A stretch of DNA of 64,000 bases from Octopus bimaculoides (Eukaryota): assembly GCF_001194135.2 (NCBI RefSeq), contig NC_068985.1, positions 51,969,178 to 52,033,177 on the forward strand. The letters are read 5' to 3'. Below, piece by piece: positions 63,713 to 64,000 of the stretch; the stretch's first letter is position 1, and every line of letters begins with the position of its first letter. A program made the position numbers and the translations under genes. The notes beneath the pieces are model-generated. The model was not told the origin of the DNA, did not search any database, and was given only the letters and a program-made list of their open reading frames with translations.

Positions 63713-64000
63713 CCTTTTCGTGTGATTTCGATGTCACATTCGTTGAAAGCATAGGAAATAACTTGGAAAAGAAGAAAAATCCCCACGAAACAAAACTCCA
63801 TTGGTGAGAAACTCAGAGTCTCCCGGGAAACTCCGAGGTTCCCATCACCCTCCCCCCTTTCTTTTCCAGAAGAAAGTGGTTTGCGCTGGATTTGGAGGTC
63901 GGATACGTTGAACGCACTCGAAAAAACCTGTGGAAAAAATTATTCAACACCGAAGTACGAATGGGTCCTTTACAAAATATTTACCCAAGATCGGGACAGG

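Noticed and set aside
63868-64000. Plus-strand acceptor (ccttttcttttccag) with an open frame to the window edge
   Set aside because: No recognisable domain and it is truncated by the window, so it cannot be evaluated.

Overview
This is AT-rich eukaryotic genomic DNA with many microsatellites and N-gaps, not prokaryotic. The repeat families look like those of an octopod cephalopod (inference from recognised SINE types, not verified). The only host coding sequence I can support is three minus-strand, phase-1/phase-1 EGF exons (5163-5032, 2250-2128, 1221-1099). They splice into three tandem EGF/cbEGF domains that closely resemble the N-terminus of SCUBE proteins. The signal-peptide exon was not found with confidence, so most of 5.2-64 kb may be one large intron or upstream region. 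The rest is transposon-derived: a Helitron helicase end with its 3' hairpin, several decayed Tc1/mariner elements (one full-length and Hsmar1-like), R4/Dong-, CR1/L2- and RTE-type LINE fragments, hAT- and Tc1-type MITEs, and about 40 copies of four tRNA-derived SINE families (called A, B, C and V here). There are no CRISPR arrays, rRNA genes or genuine tRNA genes. I found no convincing new multi-gene system. The best leads are a hammerhead-like core inside an 86-bp inverted repeat, the Hsmar1-like mariner, serial same-site SINE insertions and SINE module sharing. Repeat boundaries are read by eye (about +/-10 bp unless a TSD or TIR is given). Family assignments rest on recalled motifs, not database searches.
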